DNA of 63,938 nt, the filler included, from Candidatus Tectimicrobiota bacterium (GTDB taxonomy: Bacteria > JACPSX01), in the NCBI GenBank assembly GCA_016193065.1. It is 9 parts of 9 records of this genome, joined end to end, with 100 filler letters (N's around TTAATTAATTAA, not from the genome) between each part and the next. Parts side by side here need not be neighbours in the genome. Positions count along the whole stretch, not along the records: positions 10,820 to 28,717 come from JACPSX010000160.1; 8 more parts are not named here. One strand, given 5' to 3'. The notes beneath the pieces are model-generated. The model searched no databases, was not told where the DNA came from, and saw nothing but the letters and a program-made list of their open reading frames with translations. The stretch's first letter is position 1, and every line of letters starts with the position of its first letter. This document shows positions 17,677-26,920 of this stretch, in pieces. Made by a program: the position numbers and the translations under genes.

Positions 17677-19587
17677 TTGGCCAACAACACCGACATCTCA
17701 ACCCTGATTACGCAGCTTCGCCAGCGCCTCGGGCTCAGCCAGGAAAAACTGGCGGCCCGGCTCCGGGTGTCCCTTCCAACAATCAACCGCTGGGAAAAAG
17801 GGAAAACGAAACCCGACTTATTGGCGCTGCACGCCGTCGAGGTGTTCATTCAACAGCTCGGCGCGGAGTACCAGGACCTCTGCAAGCGCTACTTTCCTAA
17901 TGAAACTGGAACTGCTCCACCGGTAGAGGTCTCTGAAACTCCGAGACGCGGACGTCACAAGCGCAAGACAACCCAAAATGGCCCAGGCAGCACAGAGCCC
18001 AACGGAGGCAACGGCTCTGTCCTCGACACCAAGTCAATGGAAGGACTCCTCTGGAAGGCGGCCTGTTCCATCCGGGGCGAAAAGGACGCGCCGAAATTCA
18101 AGGCCTACATCCTGCCGCTGGTCTTCATCAAACGGCTCTCTGACGTTTTCGAAGACGAAATCGCGCGCCTCACAGCGACATACGAGGACGAGGAGACCGC
18201 TCGCACGGTGTTGGAAACAGATCATAGCCTGGTTCGCTTCTATATCCCACAAGAAGCCACTTGGACGGTTGTGAGCGGCCGCCGGAAATTCGATTGGCCT
18301 GAAGACAAGAAACCAAAGACCCTGGGCGAACAGCTCACCAACACCATCCGCGCCATCGCCCGAGCCAACCCCTCGCTCCAGGGCGTCATCGATATCGCCG
18401 ACTACAACGAGACCCGTAACGGAGAACGGGAGATCAGCGACGAAGCTCTTTCGCGTCTGATCGAGCTCTTAAGCGATCCGCGCTACCGCTTGGGGTTAAA
18501 CGACGTGGAGCCTGACTTCCTCGGGCGTGCTTACGAATATTTGCTTCGCAAGTTCGCCGAGGGTCAGGGACAAAGCGCGGGTGAGTTTTTTACGCCTAAA
18601 GAAGTGGGTTGGCTGATCGCCTATCTCATGAAGGCCAAGCAAGGCGAAGAGGTCTATGACCCATGCTGCGGTTCCGGTGGATTGCTCATCAAGTGTCAGC
18701 TCGCTCTGAAAGAGCAGGAAAAGGAAATCGCCCGGCCTCTTCAGCTTTGCGGCCAGGAATTAACCGGTTCCTCCTTCGCCATTGCCCGGATGAACATGGT
18801 CCTTCACGATATGGAGGGAGAGATAGTCCGTGGCAACACGATGACCAATCCGAAGTTTCTCGACGGATCGAGCCTCAAGAAGTTCGATATCGTGGTGACG
18901 AATCCCATGTGGAACCAGAATAACTTCGATCCCGCCTCCTACGAAAACGATCCGTTCGAGCGCTTCACGGAACGCGGAGGATTCGCGCCCGCCTCGAGCG
19001 CCGACTGGGCCTGGCTCCAGCATGTCCTTGCTTCTCTCAATGACCACGGTCGCGCGGCCATGGTCATTGACACGGGTGCCGCAGGCCGCGGCAGTGGAAA
19101 TCAGGGGGAAAACAAAGAGAAGACGATCCGCCGGTGGTTCGTGGACAACGACGTGATCGAAGGTGTGATCCTGCTCCCGGATAACCTTTTCTACAACACC
19201 ACCGCTGCCGGAATCATCATCCTCCTTAATTGCAAGAAGCCTAAAGACCGGCAAGGCAAAGTCGTTCTCGTCAACGCGAGCAACGAATTCCAGAAAGGCC
19301 GGCCCAAGAACTTTATTCCCGACGAGTCGATTCAAAAGATCGCCGAAGCCTTTCATTTAGGCAAGGACCTCGAACGGTTCGTCAAGGCGGTACCGGTCGA
19401 AGAAATTGCCAAGAACGACTACAACCTCTCTCCATCCCGCTACATCGAAACCGCCGCCGCTACAGAGCACCGAGACGTCCAAACCATTCTGGATGAACTG
19501 GCAGGGCTTGAGGGCGATGCATCACGATTGGATCAGGAGATCAAAGAGATCTTTCGTGGGCTTGGATATCAATGGGGAGGAAAGTGA
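17677..19587 (+). CDS. hsdM: Type I R-M methyltransferase subunit with an N-terminal XRE/Cro HTH fusion
   Basis: HTH: LRQRLGLSQEKLAARLRVS-TINRWEKG. MTase motifs GEFFTP, YDPCCGSGG and NPMW (motif IV). Confidence 0.93.
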   Translation: MANNTDISTLITQLRQRLGLSQEKLAARLRVSLPTINRWEKGKTKPDLLALHAVEVFIQQLGAEYQDLCKRYFPNETGTAPPVEVSETPRRGRHKRKTTQNGPGSTEPNGGNGSVLDTKSMEGLLWKAACSIRGEKDAPKFKAYILPLVFIKRLSDVFEDEIARLTATYEDEETARTVLETDHSLVRFYIPQEATWTVVSGRRKFDWPEDKKPKTLGEQLTNTIRAIARANPSLQGVIDIADYNETRNGEREISDEALSRLIELLSDPRYRLGLNDVEPDFLGRAYEYLLRKFAEGQGQSAGEFFTPKEVGWLIAYLMKAKQGEEVYDPCCGSGGLLIKCQLALKEQEKEIARPLQLCGQELTGSSFAIARMNMVLHDMEGEIVRGNTMTNPKFLDGSSLKKFDIVVTNPMWNQNNFDPASYENDPFERFTERGGFAPASSADWAWLQHVLASLNDHGRAAMVIDTGAAGRGSGNQGENKEKTIRRWFVDNDVIEGVILLPDNLFYNTTAAGIIILLNCKKPKDRQGKVVLVNASNEFQKGRPKNFIPDESIQKIAEAFHLGKDLERFVKAVPVEEIAKNDYNLSPSRYIETAAATEHRDVQTILDELAGLEGDASRLDQEIKEIFRGLGYQWGGK

Positions 19588-20318
19588 TGACCACACTCGT
19601 ACCAACGGAACGTATTGACCACGCAATCCTTTTGATCCGAGGCCAGAAAGTCATGCTTGATGCGGATTTGGCTGAGCTTTACGGGGTCACAACCAAGGTG
19701 CTCAACCAGGCTGTGAATCGCAATAGGGACCGTTTTCCCGAGGATTTTATCTTTCAATTGACTGCCGACGAGAAAGCCAAGGTAGTCGCGAAGAGTCCCC
19801 ACCTTCAATGTCTGAAGTTCTCGTCTGTGCTGCCCTGCGCTTTCACTGAACCGGGGGCTGGCATGCTGGCGAGTGTCTTGCGCAGCCCAGCAGCTACTAA
19901 AATTTCTATCGAGGTTCTGCGCGCTTTCGCACGACTCCGCCAGGAAGAAGAACCAGAGCCGTTACCCGAGAACAGCGGTGCCCGCAACCTGTTCGCCGCG
20001 ATTCGCGATGCGATACTGCTCCAACCTGAAGACGAAATATACACCACAAGTGAGCCGTACACGTACTTCGTACAGGCTGGCGACCGGGGTCCCATCAAGA
20101 TTGGCTCGACCAGAAACCTGCTGGTCCGTCTACGTACTCTATGCGCGATGTCTCCCGTGCCGCTGAAGCTCTTGGGCGTGATGAAGGGTGATGCTGAGGA
20201 TCGGTGCCATCTCCGACTGGGCGCATTCCGCCTACATGGAGAATGGTTCGCTCCATCGTCCGTGGTGTTCGACTTCATTCGCGAGCATGCTGTGATACCC
20301 GAATCTGGAAGGGCATAA
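19587..20318 (+). CDS. ORF6N domain fused to a GIY-YIG (T5orf172/MUG113-like) nuclease domain
   Basis: IRGQKVMLDADLAELYGV...RNRDRFPEDFIFQL...AFTE, then YFVQA-GPIKIG...RL-L...E-CH...GEWF. Confidence 0.85.
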   Translation: MTTLVPTERIDHAILLIRGQKVMLDADLAELYGVTTKVLNQAVNRNRDRFPEDFIFQLTADEKAKVVAKSPHLQCLKFSSVLPCAFTEPGAGMLASVLRSPAATKISIEVLRAFARLRQEEEPEPLPENSGARNLFAAIRDAILLQPEDEIYTTSEPYTYFVQAGDRGPIKIGSTRNLLVRLRTLCAMSPVPLKLLGVMKGDAEDRCHLRLGAFRLHGEWFAPSSVVFDFIREHAVIPESGRA

Positions 20319-21595
20319 TGACCACCGATAACGGTCATGCTGAGATGCCGCAAGGATGGAGGAACGTTCCTCTTCGGTCGTTGTGCCTAAAAACTGAGTT
20401 GGCCGACCCAACGAAGAGTCCACATAAGTCTTTTCGATACATCGATGTCTCAGCCGTTTCGAATGGACTTTGGAAGATCATAAGCTCAACGGAACATACG
20501 GGTTCAACGGCACCGAGTCGTGCACGCAAGCTCGTGAAAGCCAATGATGTCATTTTCGCGACGGTGCGACCAACGCTGCGGCGGGTTGCTATGGTTCCAG
20601 ATCACCTGGATGGTCAGGTGGTTTCCACCGCTTTTTGCGTCATCCGAGTCAACCCCACACAGGCGGATGCTCTTTTCATTTACTACTCGCTCTTGACTGA
20701 CGAATTCCTTGATCGTATCGGGAACGTGCAACGAGGGGCCAGCTATCCTGCTGTGACTGACGGCGACGTTCTAAGGCAGGAGATACTTGTCCCTCCTCTT
20801 TCCGAGCAGTGCGCCATTGCGGCGGTGCTGTCGAAGATTCAGTCGGCTGTGGAGGTTCAGGAAAAGGTCGTCGCCACGCTGAAAGAGCTAAAAGCCGCAA
20901 CCATGGCTAAGCTCTTCCGGGAGGGCCTGCGTGGCGAGCCCCTCAAGCAAACCGAAATCGGCGAGATCCCGCAGACCTGGGACGTTGTCCGGCTTGGCAC
21001 CGTCGCCGAACTATTAAGCGGCGGAACACCTTCTAAGAGCCGCCCTGAGTGGTGGCGAGGACCGATTCCCTGGGCAAGCCCGAAGGACATGAAGCAGCCT
21101 CGATTGTGGGATACCCAAGACCACATTTCTCAAGAGGCCCTCGAAGATGGGTCTCGCCTAGTTCCTGCTAGAACGCTTTTTGTCGTCATTCGCGGAATGA
21201 TCCTTGCCAAGGACCTTCCGGTCGCAATGACTGAAGTCCCAATGGCATTCAACCAAGATATGAAGGCCGTCATACCGGCAGACTCAATTGACCCCGAGTA
21301 TCTCCTTTATGCAATTGTTTCTTGTAAAGATGCATTAACTCGCGAAATCGGCACCTCCGCGCATGGTACTCGACGCATGGGCACTTCGTCGTTGGAAGCA
21401 CTCCCAATCCCACGGCCGGAAAAGGATGAGCAGCGGGAGATCGCCAGAGCTATCCGAGCAGTTGAACAGCGAGAAGAGACGGCATTGAAAAGACGCGACC
21501 GGATCAAATCTCTCTTTTCCTCAATGCTGCACCTGCTCATGACCGGGGAAGTGCGGGTGAATCATTTAAAACTTAGCGAGGAACAAGATGGCTAA
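20318..21595 (+). CDS. hsdS: Type I R-M specificity subunit
   Basis: Two TRDs with conserved regions PPLSEQ-IA-VL, EIGEIP-WDVVRLG, GGTPS and EQREIA. Confidence 0.92.
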   Translation: MTTDNGHAEMPQGWRNVPLRSLCLKTELADPTKSPHKSFRYIDVSAVSNGLWKIISSTEHTGSTAPSRARKLVKANDVIFATVRPTLRRVAMVPDHLDGQVVSTAFCVIRVNPTQADALFIYYSLLTDEFLDRIGNVQRGASYPAVTDGDVLRQEILVPPLSEQCAIAAVLSKIQSAVEVQEKVVATLKELKAATMAKLFREGLRGEPLKQTEIGEIPQTWDVVRLGTVAELLSGGTPSKSRPEWWRGPIPWASPKDMKQPRLWDTQDHISQEALEDGSRLVPARTLFVVIRGMILAKDLPVAMTEVPMAFNQDMKAVIPADSIDPEYLLYAIVSCKDALTREIGTSAHGTRRMGTSSLEALPIPRPEKDEQREIARAIRAVEQREETALKRRDRIKSLFSSMLHLLMTGEVRVNHLKLSEEQDG

Positions 21596-22529
21596 GCAGA
21601 AGAGACAAGAGGCACCAAGTAAAGGTTTCGGTCTCTCCTTGATGGATCGGATTCAAAACGAGGGCTCGATCCACCATGAGGCAGTGCGAAGGGTTGAGTC
21701 AATCACCAAGCGGAATCTGATCTGCTATACGGCATTTCTCAGACATCCAGCAAGTACCATCATTCAGGAAGATAGCCAGTTTATCGAACACTTGCTTCGG
21801 TCAGTGAACCTCCAAGAGTATCCAGATACTCTTGACCTCCTACTGCATACTCCGGGTGGGGATCCAACCGCTGCAGAGCGCATTGTAAAGACCTGCAGAT
21901 CCTACGCTAAGTCCTTCCAGGTGATCGTTCCTCAGACTGCCATGAGTGCTGGGACACTTATCGCTATGGGCGCAGAATCAATCCTCATGACCGAAACTTC
22001 AGAGTTGGGTCCAATTGATCCACAAATGATCATATCAAGTGGCAAAGAGCAGACGTTACGACCGGCTGCAGCGTTTGTGGACGCCTATATGGATTTAATC
22101 AATAAATCACAGGAAGCGATTCGGAAAGGAGATCCCCCACATCCCTACATTGAACTCCTGCGGAGGATGGATCCCACATGGATTCAAGTTTGTCTCAAGG
22201 CTCGGGAACTCGCGCGAACTATCGCTGGAGAATTCTTAGAGCAGTACATGCTTAATGGAAAAGACAAGAAAGAAATCGAACGAACCGTCGAATGTTTTAT
22301 GAAAGAAGGTGAGTTGCTTTCCCATGGGCGAATCATCCGGCACGCTAAAGCCAAGGAGTACGGGTTAAACGTAAAAGTGATCCCGAAGGGAACCCCACTT
22401 GATGAAGCACTGTGGGAACTACAGACCCGCTGTGAAAACTACGTCCAGTCGCGGAGTCTCGCGAAGTACCTGGTTTGTCGTTCCGGTGGGATTAATGTCA
22501 GTGTGCGTATGCAGAGACTGTCCGTTTAG
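21588..22529 (+). CDS. ClpP-fold serine protease (SDH/SppA-like)
   Basis: LDLLLHTPGG, AMSAGT, LGPIDPQ and SHG. Confidence 0.85.
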   Translation: MAKQKRQEAPSKGFGLSLMDRIQNEGSIHHEAVRRVESITKRNLICYTAFLRHPASTIIQEDSQFIEHLLRSVNLQEYPDTLDLLLHTPGGDPTAAERIVKTCRSYAKSFQVIVPQTAMSAGTLIAMGAESILMTETSELGPIDPQMIISSGKEQTLRPAAAFVDAYMDLINKSQEAIRKGDPPHPYIELLRRMDPTWIQVCLKARELARTIAGEFLEQYMLNGKDKKEIERTVECFMKEGELLSHGRIIRHAKAKEYGLNVKVIPKGTPLDEALWELQTRCENYVQSRSLAKYLVCRSGGINVSVRMQRLSV

Positions 22530-22750
22530 ATAGAAGCATGGACCTGATATGAAAAATTCGCTTCGGCGACATAATTTGGCACTTCAGATTCCCCAGGCAA
22601 CTCAGCAGGTAGGTCTAAATAGAGAGAGCCTAATTTGTCAACCAGCTTCTGATACTGTTCAAAGTTCTTTAGGAGATCTTCCTCAGTGACTGAAGTAATC
22701 ATTTCAGATTCCAGACCTGTTGGTTCGAGATTCCGGATTTCCTTTTTCAC
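22526..22750 (-). CDS. Small acidic hypothetical protein, probably leaderless, convergent with the protease
   Basis: 74-aa ORF. TTGACG-N17-TATAGT places +1 at about the GTG start (22750). Confidence 0.55.
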   Translation of the reverse strand: MKKEIRNLEPTGLESEMITSVTEEDLLKNFEQYQKLVDKLGSLYLDLPAELPGESEVPNYVAEANFSYQVHASI

Positions 22751-22756
22751 AAGCGT

Positions 22757-22785
22757 ACTATACCCAAATCAGAGACCAGCGTCAA
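22757..22785 (-). promoter_or_regulatory. Sigma-70 promoter for the 74-aa ORF
   Basis: Minus strand TTGACG (22785-22780), 17-nt spacer, TATAGT (22762-22757). Confidence 0.6.
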
Positions 22786-22904
22786 GAGACTTCGAAAATT
22801 GGCTCCTTTCAAGGAATTGCAGCGCAATTATTTGCTGTAACCCATTCATCTCATTATGTTCTCATGATTTGGCCGTGTAATTGAGCGAAATCGGAGGTGG
22901 CGTC

Positions 22905-23039
22905 ATGCCCCTCAATCTCGGTTCCGAACGGGCCACAGTCCAAGACCCACTGATCGGTTACGCCGTTGAGATCGGGTGGGCCTATCTTTGTCCTTGGAAA
23001 AAGAATGGCAGCTTAAGAAACCAAGAGAGGGCGATATGA
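22905..23039 (+). pseudogene. Duplicated 5' remnant of hsdR (44-aa mini-ORF)
   Basis: MPLNLGSERATVQDPLIGYAVEIGWAYL vs HsdR MATSLASERATVQDPLISYAVEIGWAYL. RBS GGAGGT; its stop overlaps the MNT ATG. Confidence 0.8.
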
Positions 23040-23365
23040 AAGCGAGAAAGAAGGTCTTAAGCGAAGGGGTCCTTCAGGAAACCGTCCGGCGGATTGTTGA
23101 AGTTGCCAAGCCGGAGAAGATCATTCTTTTTGGCTCGGCGGCACGGGGTGAGCTGGGGCCGGACAGTGATCTGGATTTCCTGGTAATCAAGGCATGCAGT
23201 CACCGGCGGAATACGGCCCGCAGAATTCGACGTGCCCTGTTCGGTATTGGCGTGCCCATAGACATCATCGTTGCGAAACCGGAGGACATCGAACGCTACA
23301 AAGACGCGATAGGTCTCCTCTATCGTCCTGCCTTGAGGGAGGGAAAGGTCCTCTATGCCGCCTAA
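23036..23365 (+). CDS. Minimal nucleotidyltransferase (MNT) antitoxin
   Basis: PEKIILFGSAARG-DSDLDFLVI and EGKVLYAA. Confidence 0.9.
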   Translation: MKARKKVLSEGVLQETVRRIVEVAKPEKIILFGSAARGELGPDSDLDFLVIKACSHRRNTARRIRRALFGIGVPIDIIVAKPEDIERYKDAIGLLYRPALREGKVLYAA

Positions 23366-23594
23366 GACTGATCCCACTGGACAACCAAAGGAATGGCTGC
23401 GGCGTGCGAAGGGTGAGGGTCACTCAATCCCTCAGGAGATATGGGAAGCAGTTGATCTAACCGATTATGCGGTTGAGACCCGCTATCCAGGACCGGCGGA
23501 ACCAGTAACACAGAAGGAGTATCGAGCAGCAGTTAGGATAGCCGAGCAAGTCGTTAAGTGGGCAGGAAGAATTATCTCAGGAAAACAGCGATAA
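23355..23594 (+). pseudogene. HEPN domain protein, internally deleted
   Basis: EWLRRAK N-terminus joined directly to LTDYAVETRYPG...A-RIAEQV. The central QQAAEK/THDL region is missing. Confidence 0.7.
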
Positions 23595-23600
23595 AGAGCC

Positions 23601-26489
23601 ATGGCAACTAGCCTCGCCTCGGAAAGAGCTACGGTCCAAGACCCACTGATCAGCTACGCCGTTGAGATCGGGTGGGCCTACCTGTCACCAGAGCAAGCCC
23701 TGAGCCTCCGGCGAGGGGAAAGCGGCACGCTTCTGTACCAGGTCCTTCGCGATAAACTTATCGCTCTCAATCCGGGCGTTGTGACCATGGAAACCGTCGA
23801 TCAGGTCATTTCGAGAATCGAGAACGTCCGCAACAACATCGAGGGGAATGCCGAGGTGCTGGCATGGCTACGAGGTGAACGCTCGGTCTACGTGGAGAGC
23901 GAGAAGCGCCAGAGGAACGTTACGCTTATCGACTTTGAACACCCCGCCCACAACGTCTTCCACGTCTCCGACGAGTGGGAATACACAAACGGACGGCACA
24001 CAAACCGAGCCGATGTAATGTTTCTCATCAACGGCGTCCCCCTGGCACTGGTCGAGACCAAGGGCGCAACGAAACAGGACGGGATCGATGAGGGGGTCAC
24101 TCAGATCCGGCGCTACCACCGGGAGACGCCGGAACTCATGACCGCAACGCAGGTGTTTGATGTCACTCACCTCATCGACTTCTATTACGGAGTCACCTGG
24201 AACCTGGATCGTAAGGACCTCTTCAACTGGAAAGACGAGGAGAAAGGCCACTTCGAGAAGAAGGTAAAAAGATTCTTCAGCCGGGAGCGTTTTCTCAAGC
24301 TGGTTGGAGAATGGATCGTATTCTTCAAGAGAGATGACGAACTGCGAAAGATCGTCTTGCGGCAGCACCAGACACGGGCGGTGGAAAAGGTCGTCGAGCG
24401 CACTCTCGACCCGGAGAAGAAAAGGGGCTTGGTGTGGCACACACAGGGGTCCGGAAAAACCTTCACGATGATCAAGGCAGCCGAACAAATCCTCCAGCAT
24501 TCGGCCTTCGAGAAGCCCACAGTCATCATGCTGGTAGACCGAAATGAGCTGGAAGGCCAGCTTTCCGGTTGGATTGCGAGTGTACTGGGTGCGGGTAAGG
24601 CAGAGCCCGCCTACAGCAAGCAACGTCTGCGCGAACTTTTGCGTTCGGACTACCGCGGCCTCATCGTCTCGATGATTCACAAATTCGACCGTGCAGACGC
24701 AGACCTTTGCACACGAGAAAACGTCTTTATTCTGGTGGATGAGGCCCACCGGAGCATGAGCGGAGACCTGGGTAACTACCTCGTGGCCGCCCTGCCCAAC
24801 GCCACGATGATCGGCTTTACCGGCACGCCGATCGACAAGATCGCCTACGGCAAAGGAACCTTTAAAGTATTCGGCAAGGACGACCCGAAAGGCTACCTGG
24901 ACAAGTACTCCATTTCCGAGTCTATCGAGGATGGAACGACACTGCCGCTCCATTACACGCTGGCACCGAACGACATCCGCGTGCCTCCCGATCAACTGGA
25001 GAGAGAGTTCTTCGATCTGGTGGAGGCCGAAGGGATCAGTGATATCGAGGAGCTGAACAAGATTCTTGACAAGGCAGTGAATCTGAAGGCCTTCCTCAAG
25101 GCCTCCGACCGGGTCGAAAAGGTGGCTCACTATGTCGCTCGCCACTTCCGCGAGAACATCCAACCTCTGGGCTACAAGGCTTTTCTCGTGGGGGTCGATC
25201 GGGAAGTCTGTGCTCTCTACAAGAACGCTCTGGACCGGCAACTGCCGGCGGATTACTCAACCGTCGTTTATACCTCTGCCCATAACGACAGCGAGCTGCT
25301 GGCCCAATACCGTCTTAGTGAAGAAGGCGAAAAGAAGATCCGCAAAGCGTTTCTCAAGAGGGATGCGCTCCCAAAAATCCTCATCGTTACTGAAAAGCTG
25401 CTGACGGGCTTTGATGCTCCGATTCTTTACTGCATGTACCTGGACAAGCCGATGCGGGATCACACACTGCTCCAGGCAATCGCTCGGGTCAACCGTCCCT
25501 ACGAGGAAGAGGGAGAAATCAAGAAGCCGGCGGGGTTCGTTCTCGATTTCGTTGGGATCTTTGCCAAGCTTGAGAAGGCACTGGCCTTCGATTCGGATTT
25601 TGTCGGAAGCGTCATCCAGGATCTGGACGTCCTCAAGCACCGCTTCTCCATGCTCATGACGGACCAGGCGCCAGAGTATCTCGCCCTCTCCCAGGGCCGT
25701 ATTGATGACAAGGCTGTTGAGCGCGCCATCGAAACCTTTGCCGATCAGGAGAAGCGCAACAGGTTCTATAAGTTCTTCAGAGAAATCGAGATGCTCTACG
25801 AGATCATCTCGCCGGATATATTCCTCCGGGAACATCTAGACAACTATGGAAAGCTCTCAGTCCTGTACGAGATCGTCCGAAATAACTTTGCCAAGCGCGT
25901 TGCCCTCTCCAAGGATATAGCGAAAAAAACCGAGGGGTTAATCCGTGAACAAGCTGAAGCCTATGGGCTTAAAACGGCCATGCCGATCGTGGAGATCGAT
26001 GAGAAAACCATTGACGCCTTGAGGAAGTCGGGTCCATCAGACCCTGCGAAGGTGATCAACCTGGGGAAAAGCCTGGCCAAGAAAGTTTTTGAGGAAGCCG
26101 AGCGGGCCCCCTATCTGATACCGATCGGCGAGCGCGCTGAAGCGATCCTTGATTCTTACGACGACCGGCAGATGACTACGCAGGAAGCATTTGAGCGGAT
26201 CCGGGCATTAATGGAGCAATACCTTCAGGCACATAAGGAGCGAGAAAAGTCCGGATTCGACGACAACACGTTCGCAGTTTATCTGGTGCTAAGACAGTTC
26301 GGCGCGTCTCAGCCAGAGAAAGTCGCGCCTTTGGTCAACTCCGCCTTTCAACGATTCCCAAACTACGGGTACAACACTTCGGAGCAGCGCCATCTCAAGG
26401 CCGAGCTATACAAGGTGCTGTTACGCGCAGTCGGAAAGGAACGCATGGTGGATCTGGCGGAAAATCTCCTCCGGCTGCCGCGAAAATGA
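23601..26489 (+). CDS. hsdR: Type I R-M restriction subunit
   Basis: D-x13-ETK nuclease motif, WHTQGSGKT, DEAHR, GFTGTP, LLTGFDAP and QAIARVNR. Confidence 0.95.
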   Translation: MATSLASERATVQDPLISYAVEIGWAYLSPEQALSLRRGESGTLLYQVLRDKLIALNPGVVTMETVDQVISRIENVRNNIEGNAEVLAWLRGERSVYVESEKRQRNVTLIDFEHPAHNVFHVSDEWEYTNGRHTNRADVMFLINGVPLALVETKGATKQDGIDEGVTQIRRYHRETPELMTATQVFDVTHLIDFYYGVTWNLDRKDLFNWKDEEKGHFEKKVKRFFSRERFLKLVGEWIVFFKRDDELRKIVLRQHQTRAVEKVVERTLDPEKKRGLVWHTQGSGKTFTMIKAAEQILQHSAFEKPTVIMLVDRNELEGQLSGWIASVLGAGKAEPAYSKQRLRELLRSDYRGLIVSMIHKFDRADADLCTRENVFILVDEAHRSMSGDLGNYLVAALPNATMIGFTGTPIDKIAYGKGTFKVFGKDDPKGYLDKYSISESIEDGTTLPLHYTLAPNDIRVPPDQLEREFFDLVEAEGISDIEELNKILDKAVNLKAFLKASDRVEKVAHYVARHFRENIQPLGYKAFLVGVDREVCALYKNALDRQLPADYSTVVYTSAHNDSELLAQYRLSEEGEKKIRKAFLKRDALPKILIVTEKLLTGFDAPILYCMYLDKPMRDHTLLQAIARVNRPYEEEGEIKKPAGFVLDFVGIFAKLEKALAFDSDFVGSVIQDLDVLKHRFSMLMTDQAPEYLALSQGRIDDKAVERAIETFADQEKRNRFYKFFREIEMLYEIISPDIFLREHLDNYGKLSVLYEIVRNNFAKRVALSKDIAKKTEGLIREQAEAYGLKTAMPIVEIDEKTIDALRKSGPSDPAKVINLGKSLAKKVFEEAERAPYLIPIGERAEAILDSYDDRQMTTQEAFERIRALMEQYLQAHKEREKSGFDDNTFAVYLVLRQFGASQPEKVAPLVNSAFQRFPNYGYNTSEQRHLKAELYKVLLRAVGKERMVDLAENLLRLPRK

Positions 26490-26830
26490 AAACTTCAAAG
26501 CGGGAGACTTCCCAAAAAGCCGAGACTCTAAGAAGTAATGTGCAGAACTGGGCGGCAAAGATCGGCGTGAGGCCCAGGCGCGTTCAGATCCAGCACATGA
26601 CGACGAAATGGGCTTCCTGCTCGCCCGCGGGTCGGATCTGTCTTAGCAAAGATCTCCTCCAGGAAGACACTGCATTTCAAGAGGCGGTCATCGTTCACGA
26701 GCTTCTTCACCTTCGTGTGCCCAACCACGGGAAATTGTTCAAGAGCCTGATGAATGCCTATCTGCCGGAATGGGAGGAGGCAGCGCGGGGACGTGTCGGA
26801 CGTGTGTGCGGATACAGAGATCCTTCTTGA
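26486..26830 (+). CDS. M48/YgjP (DUF45) family metallopeptidase
   Basis: KWASCS and VHELLHL-NH; usual position after hsdR. Confidence 0.88.
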   Translation: MKTSKRETSQKAETLRSNVQNWAAKIGVRPRRVQIQHMTTKWASCSPAGRICLSKDLLQEDTAFQEAVIVHELLHLRVPNHGKLFKSLMNAYLPEWEEAARGRVGRVCGYRDPS

Positions 26831-26864
26831 TGCTGGAATGTCCGATCCAGGCGATCAAGTGCTT

Positions 26865-26905
26865 CCCCCTTACCCTCCCCTCTCCCCCCTACAAGGTGGA
26901 GAGGG
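26865..26905. repeat. REP-like palindrome (CCCCT.ACCCT.CCCTCTCCC...GAGAGGG family)
   Basis: GC-rich hairpin between convergent genes. Related elements lie at about 61841-61886 and 62245-62296. Confidence 0.55.
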
Positions 26906-26920
26906 TAAAGGTTCTTTTCG

